Virus record (IMG/VR): IMGVR_UViG_3300047548_001236
Span: 186,001-250,000 of that record
DNA: 64,000 nt
Strand: one strand, 5' to 3'
Part shown: in pieces, positions 39,347-49,716 of the stretch
Numbering within the stretch: the stretch's first letter is position 1
How the letters are laid out: the number at the start of each line of letters is the position of its first letter
Translations under genes and position numbers: made by a program
The notes under the pieces: generated by a model
Told to the model about the DNA's origin: nothing
The model's input: the letters and a program-made list of their open reading frames with translations, nothing else
The model's database searches: none

Positions 39347-39577
39347 TTAGGGACGAGCGATTAGCGTGTCCAGCTTTGCATTGATTTGTCGCAACGCTTC
39401 TGCTGTTGCCTCTGATTCAGTACGAGAAGCTTCCATCTGCGTTGTAGCAGTTTCGAGTTTGAGAAGCACTTCATCGATCCGCGGTTGGACAGTTTGCGTT
39501 GAAAGAAGATACGCAAGACCGATTGCGGCAATCGCCATAAGCGGAAGAGTGAAGAAGACAGCTTTCAAAAATGACAT
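39347..39577 (-). CDS. small membrane-anchored coiled-coil protein
   Basis: TM followed by coiled coil. Confidence 0.55.
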   Translation of the reverse strand: MSFLKAVFFTLPLMAIAAIGLAYLLSTQTVQPRIDEVLLKLETATTQMEASRTESEATAEALRQINAKLDTLIARP

Positions 39578-39595
39578 GTATTTTCCTTTCAAGTG

Positions 39596-39985
39596 TTAGC
39601 TGTAGTTAACGTGGATTTGAGCGAAGTAGTGGAAGTTACCCATCGGTTCTTTGATTGACCGAACAACAAACTCTGGAACAAAACGACCGAACCGTTCGAT
39701 GAATTGATCTTTATCAAGAATTTCGGCGCCCATTGCCATCCAACCATCAAACGTCTCGGCAAAGTCGCGAATTAAGATGTCCTCGACTTTTGTCTTTAGA
39801 ACGCCTCGATTAAACACAACCCTACCATTTTCATCTCGTTGTTCCTCGAAGTGAGGCTTAACCTCATAATCTTCATCTTTTGGGTGAAGATACGTGATCA
39901 GGATGGAAATAGTTCTACCTTCACCGGTTGCTGCGTAGTCTGATACAACGAAGTGCACTTTATCACCTTTTGAAATAATACACAA
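39596..39985 (-). CDS. hypothetical protein
   Basis: ORF in operon. Confidence 0.55.
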   Translation of the reverse strand: MCIISKGDKVHFVVSDYAATGEGRTISILITYLHPKDEDYEVKPHFEEQRDENGRVVFNRGVLKTKVEDILIRDFAETFDGWMAMGAEILDKDQFIERFGRFVPEFVVRSIKEPMGNFHYFAQIHVNYS

Positions 39986-40235
39986 CAGACGTTCCAGTCA
40001 GACCATTGCACGAGATAGTAACGTCTACAAATTCGAGATTGCCGTCCTCTGACGCGTGTTCGGAAGCCCATTTATATGCTTCCTCGAAAGAAGCAAACCC
40101 CTCTGTCAGGTGAGCATACGAGTAATGACGCCAATAGTCTTCGTCATACTCAGATGGTTTTGGTGAAGGATAGAACAGGATGGGATGGTAAGTCCCACCC
40201 TGTGTATCTTCTGCGATACAGATTTTGTTAGTCAT
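39963..40235 (-). CDS. hypothetical protein
   Basis: ATGA-coupled to the ligase. Confidence 0.55.
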   Translation of the reverse strand: MTNKICIAEDTQGGTYHPILFYPSPKPSEYDEDYWRHYSYAHLTEGFASFEEAYKWASEHASEDGNLEFVDVTISCNGLTGTSVVYYFKR

Positions 40236-41572
40236 GCGAAGCTCATTGCCATTTGCTTGATCTCCAGAGCACGCTCGAGAGTATCGGTTTCGGTTTTGTC
40301 AGTGCGAACCTCATCAAAGCGAGGGTGAGACAGAGCATAGTGCTCACTGTCACGACCACGGGTGATGTCATTGCAGGTGACGGCGATAATCTTGCCGATG
40401 TACCAATCACGATTGCTGTTGATCTTCTCGAGCTGTTCATCGCTGAACCCCGAGCACGATCCCTTGATCTTGTCATCGTCGGTCTTGTATTCAATCGCAC
40501 CAAACGTCTTCTCACGCTTGGTTCCGATCCGACCTTCCTTGAAGCCGGTGACACGAACGTCAATCGTCATCTCAAGCTTCATCTTCAACTGATGCTTGCT
40601 GGTGCCGTCCTTGAACACACCATCTGCATCCTTAAGAATGCCACCTTCAAGACCCTGTTCCATCCAAGCTGTGACTTTGTCGAATGCTTCCGGAATGCTG
40701 GACACCAGATGAGATTCGATCAGTTTCAATTGACGGTGTTCAACATTTGCAAGGATTTCGCTGAGAGTCCGAAGACGCTTGGCATACTTGGTGGTGTTTT
40801 TCACCTTACGCGAAGCATCCGTATATTCTTCGGGAGTAACATAATCCCACAGATGGAACACGATCTTATCCATCGGAGGATTGTCAGAATTCAGAAGACC
40901 GTTGCTTTCCGCACGGTTCTCAGTCCCTTCAACAATCATCTCACCCATGTAGTGACCATCAGGCAGCACGTCGATCAGATCGTTTGCAAACGTGTAGTCG
41001 TACTGCTCACCGCTACGAGACAGGAACTCGATCTTACCACCGGAGACTTGCATCTCACGATACGTCCCATCTGCCTTCAACTGAATGAAAGCAGGGAACT
41101 TGATGTCCTTTGCAGTCTTGGCAGTAAACACACCGCAACGCATGTAGACAGGTTTTGTGATCAGATCGCCGAACACTTTGTTGATCTGCGTACGGCCACA
41201 GTTAATACGCAGATCGCGATTAATCACTTTGATCAGAAGATCGCGGTCGGTAGCATCCATCGAAAGGAACACGCGCTCCATCGCCTCGATCGCATCATTG
41301 CCAGTCACGAGACGTTCAGACAGCTTGTGCTCGAGGAAGTCGAGAGCTTGCTCGAGCGTAGTCGTTGCATTTTCCGAAACTGGGAAAGGATTGCCTCCCA
41401 GTTTCTTGTACCAATGATTCATCGTCAGATAATAACGATAGATCACCTTATCGTAGGTCATTTTCAGCACACGCTGTAGCAGAGCGTTGTCTTTGTGCTT
41501 CTTCAAAACAGCGACCTTGTGGTTCGAGCTGTTGCTGGCGTTCAGTTCCTCAACAATATTGTGGATGCTCAT
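40232..41572 (-). CDS. ATP-dependent DNA ligase (T4 gp30-like)
   Basis: QLKADG (motif I), GE, FHLWD, EGGILK, KMK, SHPRF. Confidence 0.93.
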   Translation of the reverse strand: MSIHNIVEELNASNSSNHKVAVLKKHKDNALLQRVLKMTYDKVIYRYYLTMNHWYKKLGGNPFPVSENATTTLEQALDFLEHKLSERLVTGNDAIEAMERVFLSMDATDRDLLIKVINRDLRINCGRTQINKVFGDLITKPVYMRCGVFTAKTAKDIKFPAFIQLKADGTYREMQVSGGKIEFLSRSGEQYDYTFANDLIDVLPDGHYMGEMIVEGTENRAESNGLLNSDNPPMDKIVFHLWDYVTPEEYTDASRKVKNTTKYAKRLRTLSEILANVEHRQLKLIESHLVSSIPEAFDKVTAWMEQGLEGGILKDADGVFKDGTSKHQLKMKLEMTIDVRVTGFKEGRIGTKREKTFGAIEYKTDDDKIKGSCSGFSDEQLEKINSNRDWYIGKIIAVTCNDITRGRDSEHYALSHPRFDEVRTDKTETDTLERALEIKQMAMSFA

Positions 41573-41879
41573 GACGAAGGGTCTCCTGATTATTCATCTT
41601 CCTCTTCGTCATACACCCACTCTTGATCCGAGTCAACGAACCCGTCATCATACAGTGCCTCGAAAATCTCATCGACCATGTGATCCTGGCCTTCGATCAA
41701 CATCAAGCACCACTTTGCGTATTGTTCAGCTGTTGCCATTTTTCTGTTCCTCTTCCTTCAAAACATTGATTGCCTTATCCCAATACTCCCACTGCTCAAC
41801 ACCGTATGAGCGAAGGATCGCTAAGAGTTCGTGCTCCTTTAGAAGCCTTTCGTACTCTTCTCTATATATCACGACTTTA

Positions 41880-43040
41880 TCATTCATCAGAAACCCTTTC
41901 GTCGATTCTCATCCTCGTAACTTGGATCTCTCCCGACTTGTTGATCATTTTCAGATCACCAGCGCGATATGAAACCTTAAACACGTCACGGCTTGCTCCA
42001 ACTCGTGAACGAGCCTGTTTTAGATCTTTGAAGACAAACAAGTACGGGCTATTTAGTTCCTCTGTCTCCTGACCAGGAACATACACGACCTTCTTTCCGT
42101 ACGTGTTATACAACCCTGGCCCGTATGTTCCGTTCCCGTTGTCTTTCAGAACCTTGTACCCGTAGAGGCGGAACTCAGGATCGTTTTCGTTCAACAGAGT
42201 GTAGTTTTTGGGTTTGGCTTCACCTAAAAAGCGTGTTGCCACCATAGTTTCAGTATCAACGAGGAAGTATTCGCCGTCAGCGTTGACAACAACCGTTTTG
42301 AGATCACGTGAGAAAAGATCCTCCAAGTATTCCCCAGTCGACATCTCCTCTGTGATTTCTTTATCACGTTCGTAGTAGGTGAACGATTCGATGTCCGCTA
42401 ATACCTCCAGCGCACGTTCCAGTGTGAATTGTTCATCTTCGACTCGGAGACTGATCTCACGACCGTATGTTCCACCAATTTGTGATTCCAGCTCCTGCCA
42501 AGATGTGGGCAGACCCTTATCAATGGCGGTCAGAATCATGCGGATGTGTTCGGGTTTACCAATATGGTATCCCTTTGCGGTGTATTTGGTCAACCTAAGA
42601 AGACTGTTTAACGGATATCGAGTATTGGGATTGAAACGAATTGTCTTGGATGCGATGTCAGGATAAAAGTCTGGATGAAAGGTATGTTCCTTAGTATCGC
42701 AATCGAACGCGCCCATGCAAACAGTGAAGTCGAAATGCTCGAAGATCTTCTCAGCAGTCTCAAAGGTATCGTACGTCATGACTTGGATAATGCCACGTTC
42801 ACCTTTGTCATTGGTGATGTCGTTTGATTTGAACGTGACAGCACGATCGGAGATGTTGACAACAAAACACCCATCTTCTTCAATCAGAGTGTAGAATGCG
42901 TCGATCATGGCCTTATCGGTCTTGGGATACACATCATAATCGTTCGTTTCAGTCTTCGTGGCTCGAGACAGAACAGCACCGCCAGCAATGAAACATCCTG
43001 GCAGGTTAACTTCATATCCTTTGGGCATTCTACTCATCAT
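41880..43040 (-). CDS. Pol-beta-type nucleotidyltransferase (CCA/poly(A) polymerase head-like)
   Basis: FIAGGAV...NDYDVY and FDFTVCMGA motifs. Confidence 0.7.
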   Translation of the reverse strand: MMSRMPKGYEVNLPGCFIAGGAVLSRATKTETNDYDVYPKTDKAMIDAFYTLIEEDGCFVVNISDRAVTFKSNDITNDKGERGIIQVMTYDTFETAEKIFEHFDFTVCMGAFDCDTKEHTFHPDFYPDIASKTIRFNPNTRYPLNSLLRLTKYTAKGYHIGKPEHIRMILTAIDKGLPTSWQELESQIGGTYGREISLRVEDEQFTLERALEVLADIESFTYYERDKEITEEMSTGEYLEDLFSRDLKTVVVNADGEYFLVDTETMVATRFLGEAKPKNYTLLNENDPEFRLYGYKVLKDNGNGTYGPGLYNTYGKKVVYVPGQETEELNSPYLFVFKDLKQARSRVGASRDVFKVSYRAGDLKMINKSGEIQVTRMRIDERVSDE

Positions 43041-43914
43041 GCATCTCCTGTTTTGTCTAACCAATCTTTCAACTTAATGTAGTCGCTTTCCACCATGTAG
43101 ATGCAATTACCCGACCTCACGGCCTGTCCTTCGAGCACCTCAAGGAATTGATCCGATCCATCTTCCTTATACAGTCGATGACCGCTGTGAACCACAATGA
43201 TGTCCGTTCCCGTAAATGTATTCATTCGACTAATCTCCAATCACGACTGTAGTTGTTGTGTAGCATTCAAAATCGATTCGCGTTTCAGATCCATCTGCAT
43301 TGACTCGGTAGAGTTGGACAACGTGGTCGCTCTCGATCAATTCCGCAATCTCTTCGCGGACAACATTGATATCGTCTGAATCTCTCGTTGGTACGGACGG
43401 TCCACCACCACCGTAGCCTTGTGCCTTAATTCTGTACATTGTGGTATTTCCTCTTGATTTCATTTTCGATTTCTACGGCCATGATATTTACAAGCTCGTG
43501 TTCGGGATTCAGACCCATAATAACCGAGAGATCGTGAATCAATTCGTTCGATGCATTGCTTTCCAACATCAGCTCCGCACCGTTGACTACTGTTGAGAAA
43601 TTATAGCTGATATCGTTCCAGGATTTTCCCTGCCGAATGCATTTAATGAAGTAGTCGACGCCATCAACAGTTACCGTGAAATCATCAAGAGTCATGCCAT
43701 ACATCTCCAGGAAAGTCAGCTACCAAACGTTCATGATCGTTGGGATCATCGAACACAAAATAATCCCAAGGCATGTCGTCTCCAGTGCATCGGTATGAGG
43801 ATGATTTGATCCAAGTGTAGAAACGTTTGTATTTCGGTCCAAAACCTCTACTTCTATAGTGCCTGATACCATCTTCACCGTCATACCAAAGGATGCCCAG
43901 GACGTCTGATTCGT

Positions 43915-44490
43915 TCACCATATCCGCAGCTCCTCGATATTGACTGGAGTGTAATCGACTACCTCAACGCAAACATTGCGATAAGGTCCAGGAGGCGATT
44001 CCATGCTATGAATATGTCCGTGAACATTGAGCAGTTGCTTGGAGAAGTCCACGCTACTGTAGAGACCGCTTTCGTGACGTGGATCGTGAGTTAGGATCAA
44101 GCCAAACTCAGGATACTTACGCCAGAACATCACTTTCTCAAATAGCCAGCGACCTTCTGAGTCTTTGCCAGAAAGATAACGAATGTCATCGTGGTTGCCA
44201 ACAATCAGTCGCTTGTGGCCATTGAACTTACGCCAATCAACCTCGAACTTCGCCCGATGTTCAGGTGTGCGGTCATAGAAAACGTCCCCGAGGTGGTAGA
44301 CGATGTCATTGGGTTTGACAACACTATTCCAGCCTTCGAGGATGCGTTCGTTCATTTCTTCAACAGAATTGAAGTCACGAACACGACGGCCCTTGAAATC
44401 GTAGAACGTCAGTATATCCGGTTGGTTGAACCCCGGCTAATAGTGTGTATCAGAAATAACCCAAATATCACGGGCTTTTCTCGTATACAC
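43915..44490 (-). pseudogene. calcineurin-like metallophosphoesterase with in-frame UAG (44437-44439); pseudogene or recoded
   Basis: GTG 44490: MYTRKARDIWVISDTHY*PGFNQPDIL..., in frame with HLGDV, GNHD, LTH and HGHIH motifs. Confidence 0.75.
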
Positions 44491-44494
44491 ACTA

Positions 44495-44908
44495 TTAGAC
44501 CTCCTTTCTCCTAGACCATCTCTCTCCATTTTCGTACCCTTCTATATTTTTCAACGTGTCTTTTTGTTCAGGCCAATAATACGTAGTGTGCCTTATTTTG
44601 TGAAACAACTCATCTAGTGTTATAACATCATCTTGTTTTTTAGCTGATATGGAACAGTTTTTTGAATGGGTAATTATGTTACAGTTCTCGACATGGTATA
44701 ATATGTTAGGAAACACCCCAAGACGAAACCCACTGTTACGAGAAAACGTGTGGTCACGTACTACACCGGTTGGGTTAGATTTCGCGTTGAATACCCCGAT
44801 TTCGTTTATAACGGGGAACGACTCGACCATCAAATCAAACATACGGTATTTCCAGTCCGATTCAACGAAATAAATTTGATAGTCTGTTTTTTCCGAAAGA
44901 GGCAGCAT
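44495..44908 (-). mobile_element. HNH-type homing endonuclease (possibly N-truncated) inserted in the phosphoesterase locus
   Basis: RDHTFSR..GF..GV.P.IL.H..NC.II.H..N HNH pattern; AT-rich relative to neighbours. Confidence 0.65.
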
Positions 44909-44912
44909 TGTA

Positions 44913-44948
44913 ATGGGTGTCAGATATCACCCACATGTCTCTACTCAT
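44913..44948 (-). other. duplicated 5' fragment of the phosphoesterase gene (MSRDMWVISDTH)
   Basis: ATG 44948 overlaps the upstream gene end; encodes the WVISDTH metal-binding motif I. Confidence 0.75.
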
Positions 44949-45318
44949 CAGACACCTTCTTTCGTACAAACGACAATTTCTTACGGTCGATGTGGAAACT
45001 GAAATCGTTAGCCCACCGATCGCGTACTCTCTCGAGTGCGTTAGCGATTGATACGAACGCGCTGCGTTGCATCTCGTTTTTGGTCAGCTTCGATCCCTCT
45101 TCAAGAATAGCAATCTCGTCATTGAATGCTTTCAACAGCTTCGCTTCAAACGACGCAATGAACGCAATCTGTGCTTCGACCGCTTCCAGACGTTGGGTCA
45201 GCTTTTCAATCACTTCGTCTCTCGGATCGGGTTTAACCTCCGGTTTTTCATCAACCGGAGGAGGGAGCTGAGTTAGCAGCTTCTTTGAGATTGGAACTTC
45301 TTTAACCTCTGCCATCAC
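44941..45318 (-). CDS. coiled-coil hypothetical protein
   Basis: ORF track. Confidence 0.6.
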   Translation of the reverse strand: MMAEVKEVPISKKLLTQLPPPVDEKPEVKPDPRDEVIEKLTQRLEAVEAQIAFIASFEAKLLKAFNDEIAILEEGSKLTKNEMQRSAFVSIANALERVRDRWANDFSFHIDRKKLSFVRKKVSDE

Positions 45319-45508
45319 ATGAGGAACCCTTCTTTCTGAACAGCTTTCTTTTCCAGGTCAGACAGACAAACGAACTTTGCAGTGAACTTACCATCAGCAA
45401 GTTTGACAGTGGTATATTCCACATACTTCAACTGCGTCTGGTTGATCTTACGAATCAGCGAGGACAGCGTTTGATACGATTTCATTGTCGGTCTCCTTGT
45501 CTACCTCT

Positions 45509-45537
45509 AATATAGGAGAGTGAACTGACGGAGTCAA
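45509..45537 (-). promoter_or_regulatory. sigma70-type early promoter
   Basis: TTGACT-N17-TATATT. Confidence 0.8.
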
Positions 45538-45540
45538 CCG

Positions 45541-46647
45541 TCAGTTCTTTAGCAACGTGATTTTATCTGATGCACGGGTGATCGCAGTATACAACCAACG
45601 TTGCCATACATCTCTAAAACACCACGACTCATCGTAGATCAACACATTATCCCACTGACTACCTTGACTTTTGTGGCACGTGATAGCGTATCCATAGTCA
45701 AACTCTTGCGACCCTTTCAGCGTTTTCCAGTCAGGTTTAGCAGCGTCACTAACAAAGAAGCTCTTGTGGACCTTGACTTTAACAGGCAACTCATTAGTAC
45801 CATCATCACGATCCAATGTGTAATGGAAAAAGTTGGTCTTGTACTTCTGTTGGTTAATGCTCCAGATCGTAAACATTCCACCGTTGAAGATGCCCAAGTC
45901 ATGGTCATTCTTCAAACAGATTAACCGATCCCCTACAACAGGAGCGTCTGGATCCAGTTTCAACAGCTTACGGACTTTGCGATTGAGGTCATCTCTTGTT
46001 ACGTTTCGCCCGACAAGAATTTGACTCGCATTCAAAGCGTCTTGAGATGAGATCTTGCTAACGACACGACTTTCACCATAATCACCGAAATCGGGATATG
46101 TTCCGTTTCGGACTTGCGTTGCAAGATACACGATCGGGTTATCTTCTGCTTGACGGTGAATCTCTGTCAGCATCACATCAGGCTTTGCATCCGTGAAGAA
46201 ACCAGCACCTGAGACGGGAGGAAGTTGTGCAGGATCGCCGAGCACGAGAATTGGTTTTCGGAATGAAAGTAGATCCTTCGCCATTTTTTCGTCGACCATT
46301 GAACATTCGTCAATAATCAGCAAGGCAGCATCTTTCAAAATGCTACCATTCCGATTGAGACGGAATGTCACTTCGCCGGTTTTGTCATCGACATCTGCAA
46401 TATAGATCAAGCTATGGATTGTACGTGCTCCGACACATCCATTCTTTTGCATGACAAGCGCAGCTTTGCCTGTGAAAGCTGCATACAGAACATCACCATC
46501 GATTGTCTCAGCGAAATGCCTCGCGAGAGTCGACTTGCCCGTCCCTGCATACCCAAACACACGGAAGATTTGCTTCTTCTTGGATTCTTGATAGAACCAC
46601 TTATCGACAGCCTTCAAGGCTGCTTCTTGTTGGGGTGACCATTTCAT
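45541..46647 (-). CDS. dda: Dda/RecD-like SF1B DNA helicase
   Basis: GYAGTGKS, AFTGKAA, TIHSLIY, DECSM, GDPAQLPPV, HRQA, AITCHKSQGS, YTAITRA. Confidence 0.9.
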   Translation of the reverse strand: MKWSPQQEAALKAVDKWFYQESKKKQIFRVFGYAGTGKSTLARHFAETIDGDVLYAAFTGKAALVMQKNGCVGARTIHSLIYIADVDDKTGEVTFRLNRNGSILKDAALLIIDECSMVDEKMAKDLLSFRKPILVLGDPAQLPPVSGAGFFTDAKPDVMLTEIHRQAEDNPIVYLATQVRNGTYPDFGDYGESRVVSKISSQDALNASQILVGRNVTRDDLNRKVRKLLKLDPDAPVVGDRLICLKNDHDLGIFNGGMFTIWSINQQKYKTNFFHYTLDRDDGTNELPVKVKVHKSFFVSDAAKPDWKTLKGSQEFDYGYAITCHKSQGSQWDNVLIYDESWCFRDVWQRWLYTAITRASDKITLLKN

Positions 46648-46864
46648 TGTTATTTCCCGTTATCAATGAATTCGATTGCTTGAGATTCCCACTCTGCAAT
46701 ATCGGAAACATCCGGTCCAAAAACAGGACTGTAGGTCATCGATACCTGACGTTCAAGAAGAACCTTAGCACCTTCTTTAATTGTCAGCACTCCGTAAAAC
46801 TCATCTGTTTGCTTAACAGAACACTGATACTTGTTGTCCAGATCTGCTTTCCACAGAACGTCTT

Positions 46865-47119
46865 TCATAATGCATTCCTCGCTTCATTGAATGTCATCTC
46901 ATCAACGATCTGTATCTCCGAATCCGTTTCAATCCAGGCACGAGCACCGCATGAGAGTTGTGAACCATTGTATACCAATTTCGATGGTCCGTCAATCAGT
47001 ACCTCTCGGCCATACCTGACAGTTTTGCCCGTCTTGATCGTATATACAGGTCTATCTAAACCGTCCTTTGCATTCATCGCTATGTGCTGACGGTTGACGT
47101 GGATAATGTGCTTTGTCAT
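46865..47119 (-). CDS. conserved small phage protein
   Basis: IHVNRQ...LSCGARAWIET motif. Confidence 0.65.
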   Translation of the reverse strand: MTKHIIHVNRQHIAMNAKDGLDRPVYTIKTGKTVRYGREVLIDGPSKLVYNGSQLSCGARAWIETDSEIQIVDEMTFNEARNAL

Positions 47120-47120
47120 A

Positions 47121-47630
47121 TTAACCGACCCTCTTCTCTACAATAGCTTTAGGTAGAATAACAAAGCCATCAAATCCAGGGACAACATGAACAGACCACG
47201 CATTAAACACACGTCCCCTATACGGATCGTTGTAAGCAAGGTCTGTCTTAAACATCATCGGACTGTAAAAGTAAGGTGTGTTGATGTCGGATTCATGAAC
47301 CGTTTGAAAATACGTGTCTTCACCCATTACGACAACGTAATCATCTGGTGTGATTGTTGTATTGAAATCGTATTCATAGTTGTGAATTGCTTTCATGATT
47401 TTATCGGAAAGCAGCTTACACTTAGCGGGAGTGTAATCGTACATTTCAGTAACTACATCATCGTAGTAAGGTTGTAGATACCCACGTTTGACCATTTGAT
47501 TGAAAACCCAATCAAATAGATCTCGTGTCACATGCCAACCCTTGAACATGTTCGATTTCTTGTATGCATCCTCGACAAGTAGCTTTTTGCTGATTCGATT
47601 GACTTTTGCATAACGAATTGTGTCTCTCAT
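47121..47630 (-). CDS. hypothetical protein
   Basis: GAGG RBS before MRDTIR. Confidence 0.55.
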   Translation of the reverse strand: MRDTIRYAKVNRISKKLLVEDAYKKSNMFKGWHVTRDLFDWVFNQMVKRGYLQPYYDDVVTEMYDYTPAKCKLLSDKIMKAIHNYEYDFNTTITPDDYVVVMGEDTYFQTVHESDINTPYFYSPMMFKTDLAYNDPYRGRVFNAWSVHVVPGFDGFVILPKAIVEKRVG

Positions 47631-47901
47631 ATTCACCTCATAAATGTAAATGGGTGAGGAGCCGAAGCTCCTCACCCTCTGTAATGACCTACTCCCTCGT
47701 AGTCACATTCCCACTGTCCACATTCAGGACAACGATCTTTCCGATGAGGATATCCGTACCCATTCAGATCTTTACGATCCTTAAAGAACGTCTTTGGCGT
47801 TCCGTCAGGATACCGTAGACCTTTGTTGCGCTCATCGTTCATTTTCCAAATGAGCCCCATCATCACAGCATCGTCAAATGGTGTCTTTTCAGTATACATG
47901 A

Positions 47902-49347
47902 TTAGTACCTCCCAGTTTCACGAGGAATGTATTCGCTTTCCATCAAAGCAGCTCGCTTGCGAATTGCTTCGAACGTGTCTTCGATCAACAGCTCACCGTT
48001 CTTGAACACGGTCCGCAGAATGTTTTGCTTGGATACCTCCTCGGGCAGCGTTCTGAAACCGCAAGAACCAATACCACACTGGTATTCGAGAGCAAGACGG
48101 CCTTTTTTGGACTGCTTGCCCTTGTCAGTGATCGGGTCTTTACTGAAACCTTCCCACTCACCGTTGTTGATACGAATGGCCGAAGCCTTCATCGCATATT
48201 TCAGCGAATCGCGGTTCCAAGCCTGCAGAAGACCACCGCCCATACCGAAGGCGATGTTATCGGCACTGAACCCAGCAGCTTTGAGGTTCTCAAGGATAAT
48301 GGGCAACGTGTGTTCGTTGATACCATCTCCCTGAATCACTCGGATGTAAGGAGGAAGGACTTTATATCCCTTACTGTTGATCGTGTATCCAAACTTCTCA
48401 GCAAGGATCTTAACGACCTCGACAGGAACTGTTTCGGGATCACCACTGTCAGGACGTACCACCAAGGTGCCGCCCATGTTGACGATCTTATCTTTCAGCT
48501 TGTCGCCCCAAAGATCACGGCATGCCGCATAGATGTCAAAGCTGTCCGAGACACATGCAAGGATCTTGCCAGGCCCACCAAACTTGTCCAGCATGTTTTC
48601 GAATGCCTTAACTTCGTTTTCACGGCCCCAAGAAGTAATCGTGCTGTGTTCAGAAGCGGGAATTGAGAATCCAACAACCTGATCAGTGTTGTAGTACGCC
48701 ATCACCCCTTCAAGAGCTTCGAACGTGTCGGTGCCCATGAAGTTGACAAGGTGTCCCATACCACCAAGGATTGCTGTTTCACCCGAGCTGGCACCACGAG
48801 CACCAAAGTCGTGCAGTTTGAACGTCAGTTGATCCATCACAGGAACATCCGACGTTTCGTGTAGGGCTTTAGCAATAAGCACCTTCATCTTGCGGCTCTT
48901 GGTCGCAACAGTGGAAGGATACCATACACCACGCAGCAGAGCGGTTTCAATGTACGAGGTCAGCCACCACAGACGAGGATCGGTGTTGACAACCTGCACT
49001 TGAACGTTGTGAGTTTCCATGAACGTTCCTTCCGGAACAGCCTGGATCTCGAGAGGGAGAAGCCCACCATACTCTTTGACGATGATCTCCCAACCTTCAC
49101 GGTTGAAAGGCAGGCCATGTGCAGTAACAATACGCTCTGCACGATCGATATCCTTCATCGTGATCGGAGTCAGTAGGTAGTCTTTGATGAATGCTTGCAG
49201 TCCAAAGAATACCGACATATCTTCACCACCACGTGACTCGATGTACGAGCTGATGTGAGTGGTTCCCTTGGGATATTGCATCCATTGGCTGAACTTGTAG
49301 CTGTCGGTGCGAACGATGGTACTGATAAAGCTAAGTACAGTCTTCAT
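47902..49347 (-). CDS. nadV: nicotinamide phosphoribosyltransferase (NAMPT)
   Basis: TDSYK.S...QYP, WYPSTVAT, LHDFGARG, SIPASEHS, VSDS, RPDSGDP, QGDG, FGMGGGLLQ. Confidence 0.95.
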   Translation of the reverse strand: MKTVLSFISTIVRTDSYKFSQWMQYPKGTTHISSYIESRGGEDMSVFFGLQAFIKDYLLTPITMKDIDRAERIVTAHGLPFNREGWEIIVKEYGGLLPLEIQAVPEGTFMETHNVQVQVVNTDPRLWWLTSYIETALLRGVWYPSTVATKSRKMKVLIAKALHETSDVPVMDQLTFKLHDFGARGASSGETAILGGMGHLVNFMGTDTFEALEGVMAYYNTDQVVGFSIPASEHSTITSWGRENEVKAFENMLDKFGGPGKILACVSDSFDIYAACRDLWGDKLKDKIVNMGGTLVVRPDSGDPETVPVEVVKILAEKFGYTINSKGYKVLPPYIRVIQGDGINEHTLPIILENLKAAGFSADNIAFGMGGGLLQAWNRDSLKYAMKASAIRINNGEWEGFSKDPITDKGKQSKKGRLALEYQCGIGSCGFRTLPEEVSKQNILRTVFKNGELLIEDTFEAIRKRAALMESEYIPRETGRY

Positions 49348-49399
49348 AATAGAAACTCCTTCTATTGTTTGTGTTATGCCAAGACTCTCTGTCCTGGGC
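49348..49399 (-). promoter_or_regulatory. AGAGA/GGAGU two-hairpin leader motif, copy A (nadV)
   Basis: CCAGGAC-AGAGA-GUCUUGG, short linker, AAUAGAA-GGAGU-UUCUAUU-AUG. Confidence 0.75.
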
Positions 49400-49404
49400 T
49401 TTGT

Positions 49405-49704
49405 TTAAGCAGCGGCTGGTTTAGCCTCCTGCCATTCTTTAGTCCACCGATCCAGTTCTTTGTAACCAGTGGGCCAATCATTCAAACCGAGGTCGGTCAG
49501 CTTACCGCAGCAGGGGCATTTGAAACATACTGCAGGGTCGCGATAACCCCAAGTAACTTCTCCACCCGTCCCCGGAAAATACTTGAGATCGTTGAACTCA
49601 ATCTCCAACAGAGCGTTACAACCTTCGCCACCATTACCCCATGCAGTACAACGATGGCGCATAGCCCATTTTTCGCCAACTCGGCCAGGTTCGATGATTT
49701 TCAT
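49405..49704 (-). CDS. Zn-ribbon-like hypothetical protein
   Basis: C...C and CPCC motifs; GGAG RBS. Confidence 0.6.
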   Translation of the reverse strand: MKIIEPGRVGEKWAMRHRCTAWGNGGEGCNALLEIEFNDLKYFPGTGGEVTWGYRDPAVCFKCPCCGKLTDLGLNDWPTGYKELDRWTKEWQEAKPAAA

Positions 49705-49716
49705 ATTATGTTCTCC

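Noticed and set aside
44437-44439. Genome-wide TAG recoding (code 15)
   Set aside because: Many genes here end properly in TAG (e.g. 314, 5710, 13167, 44941) and other long genes are not interrupted
44431-44912. Canonical group I intron in the phosphoesterase gene
   Set aside because: The U|...G boundaries fit, but 414 of 482 nt are the HNH ORF and no P3-P7 core is recognisable; kept only as an unexplained insertion
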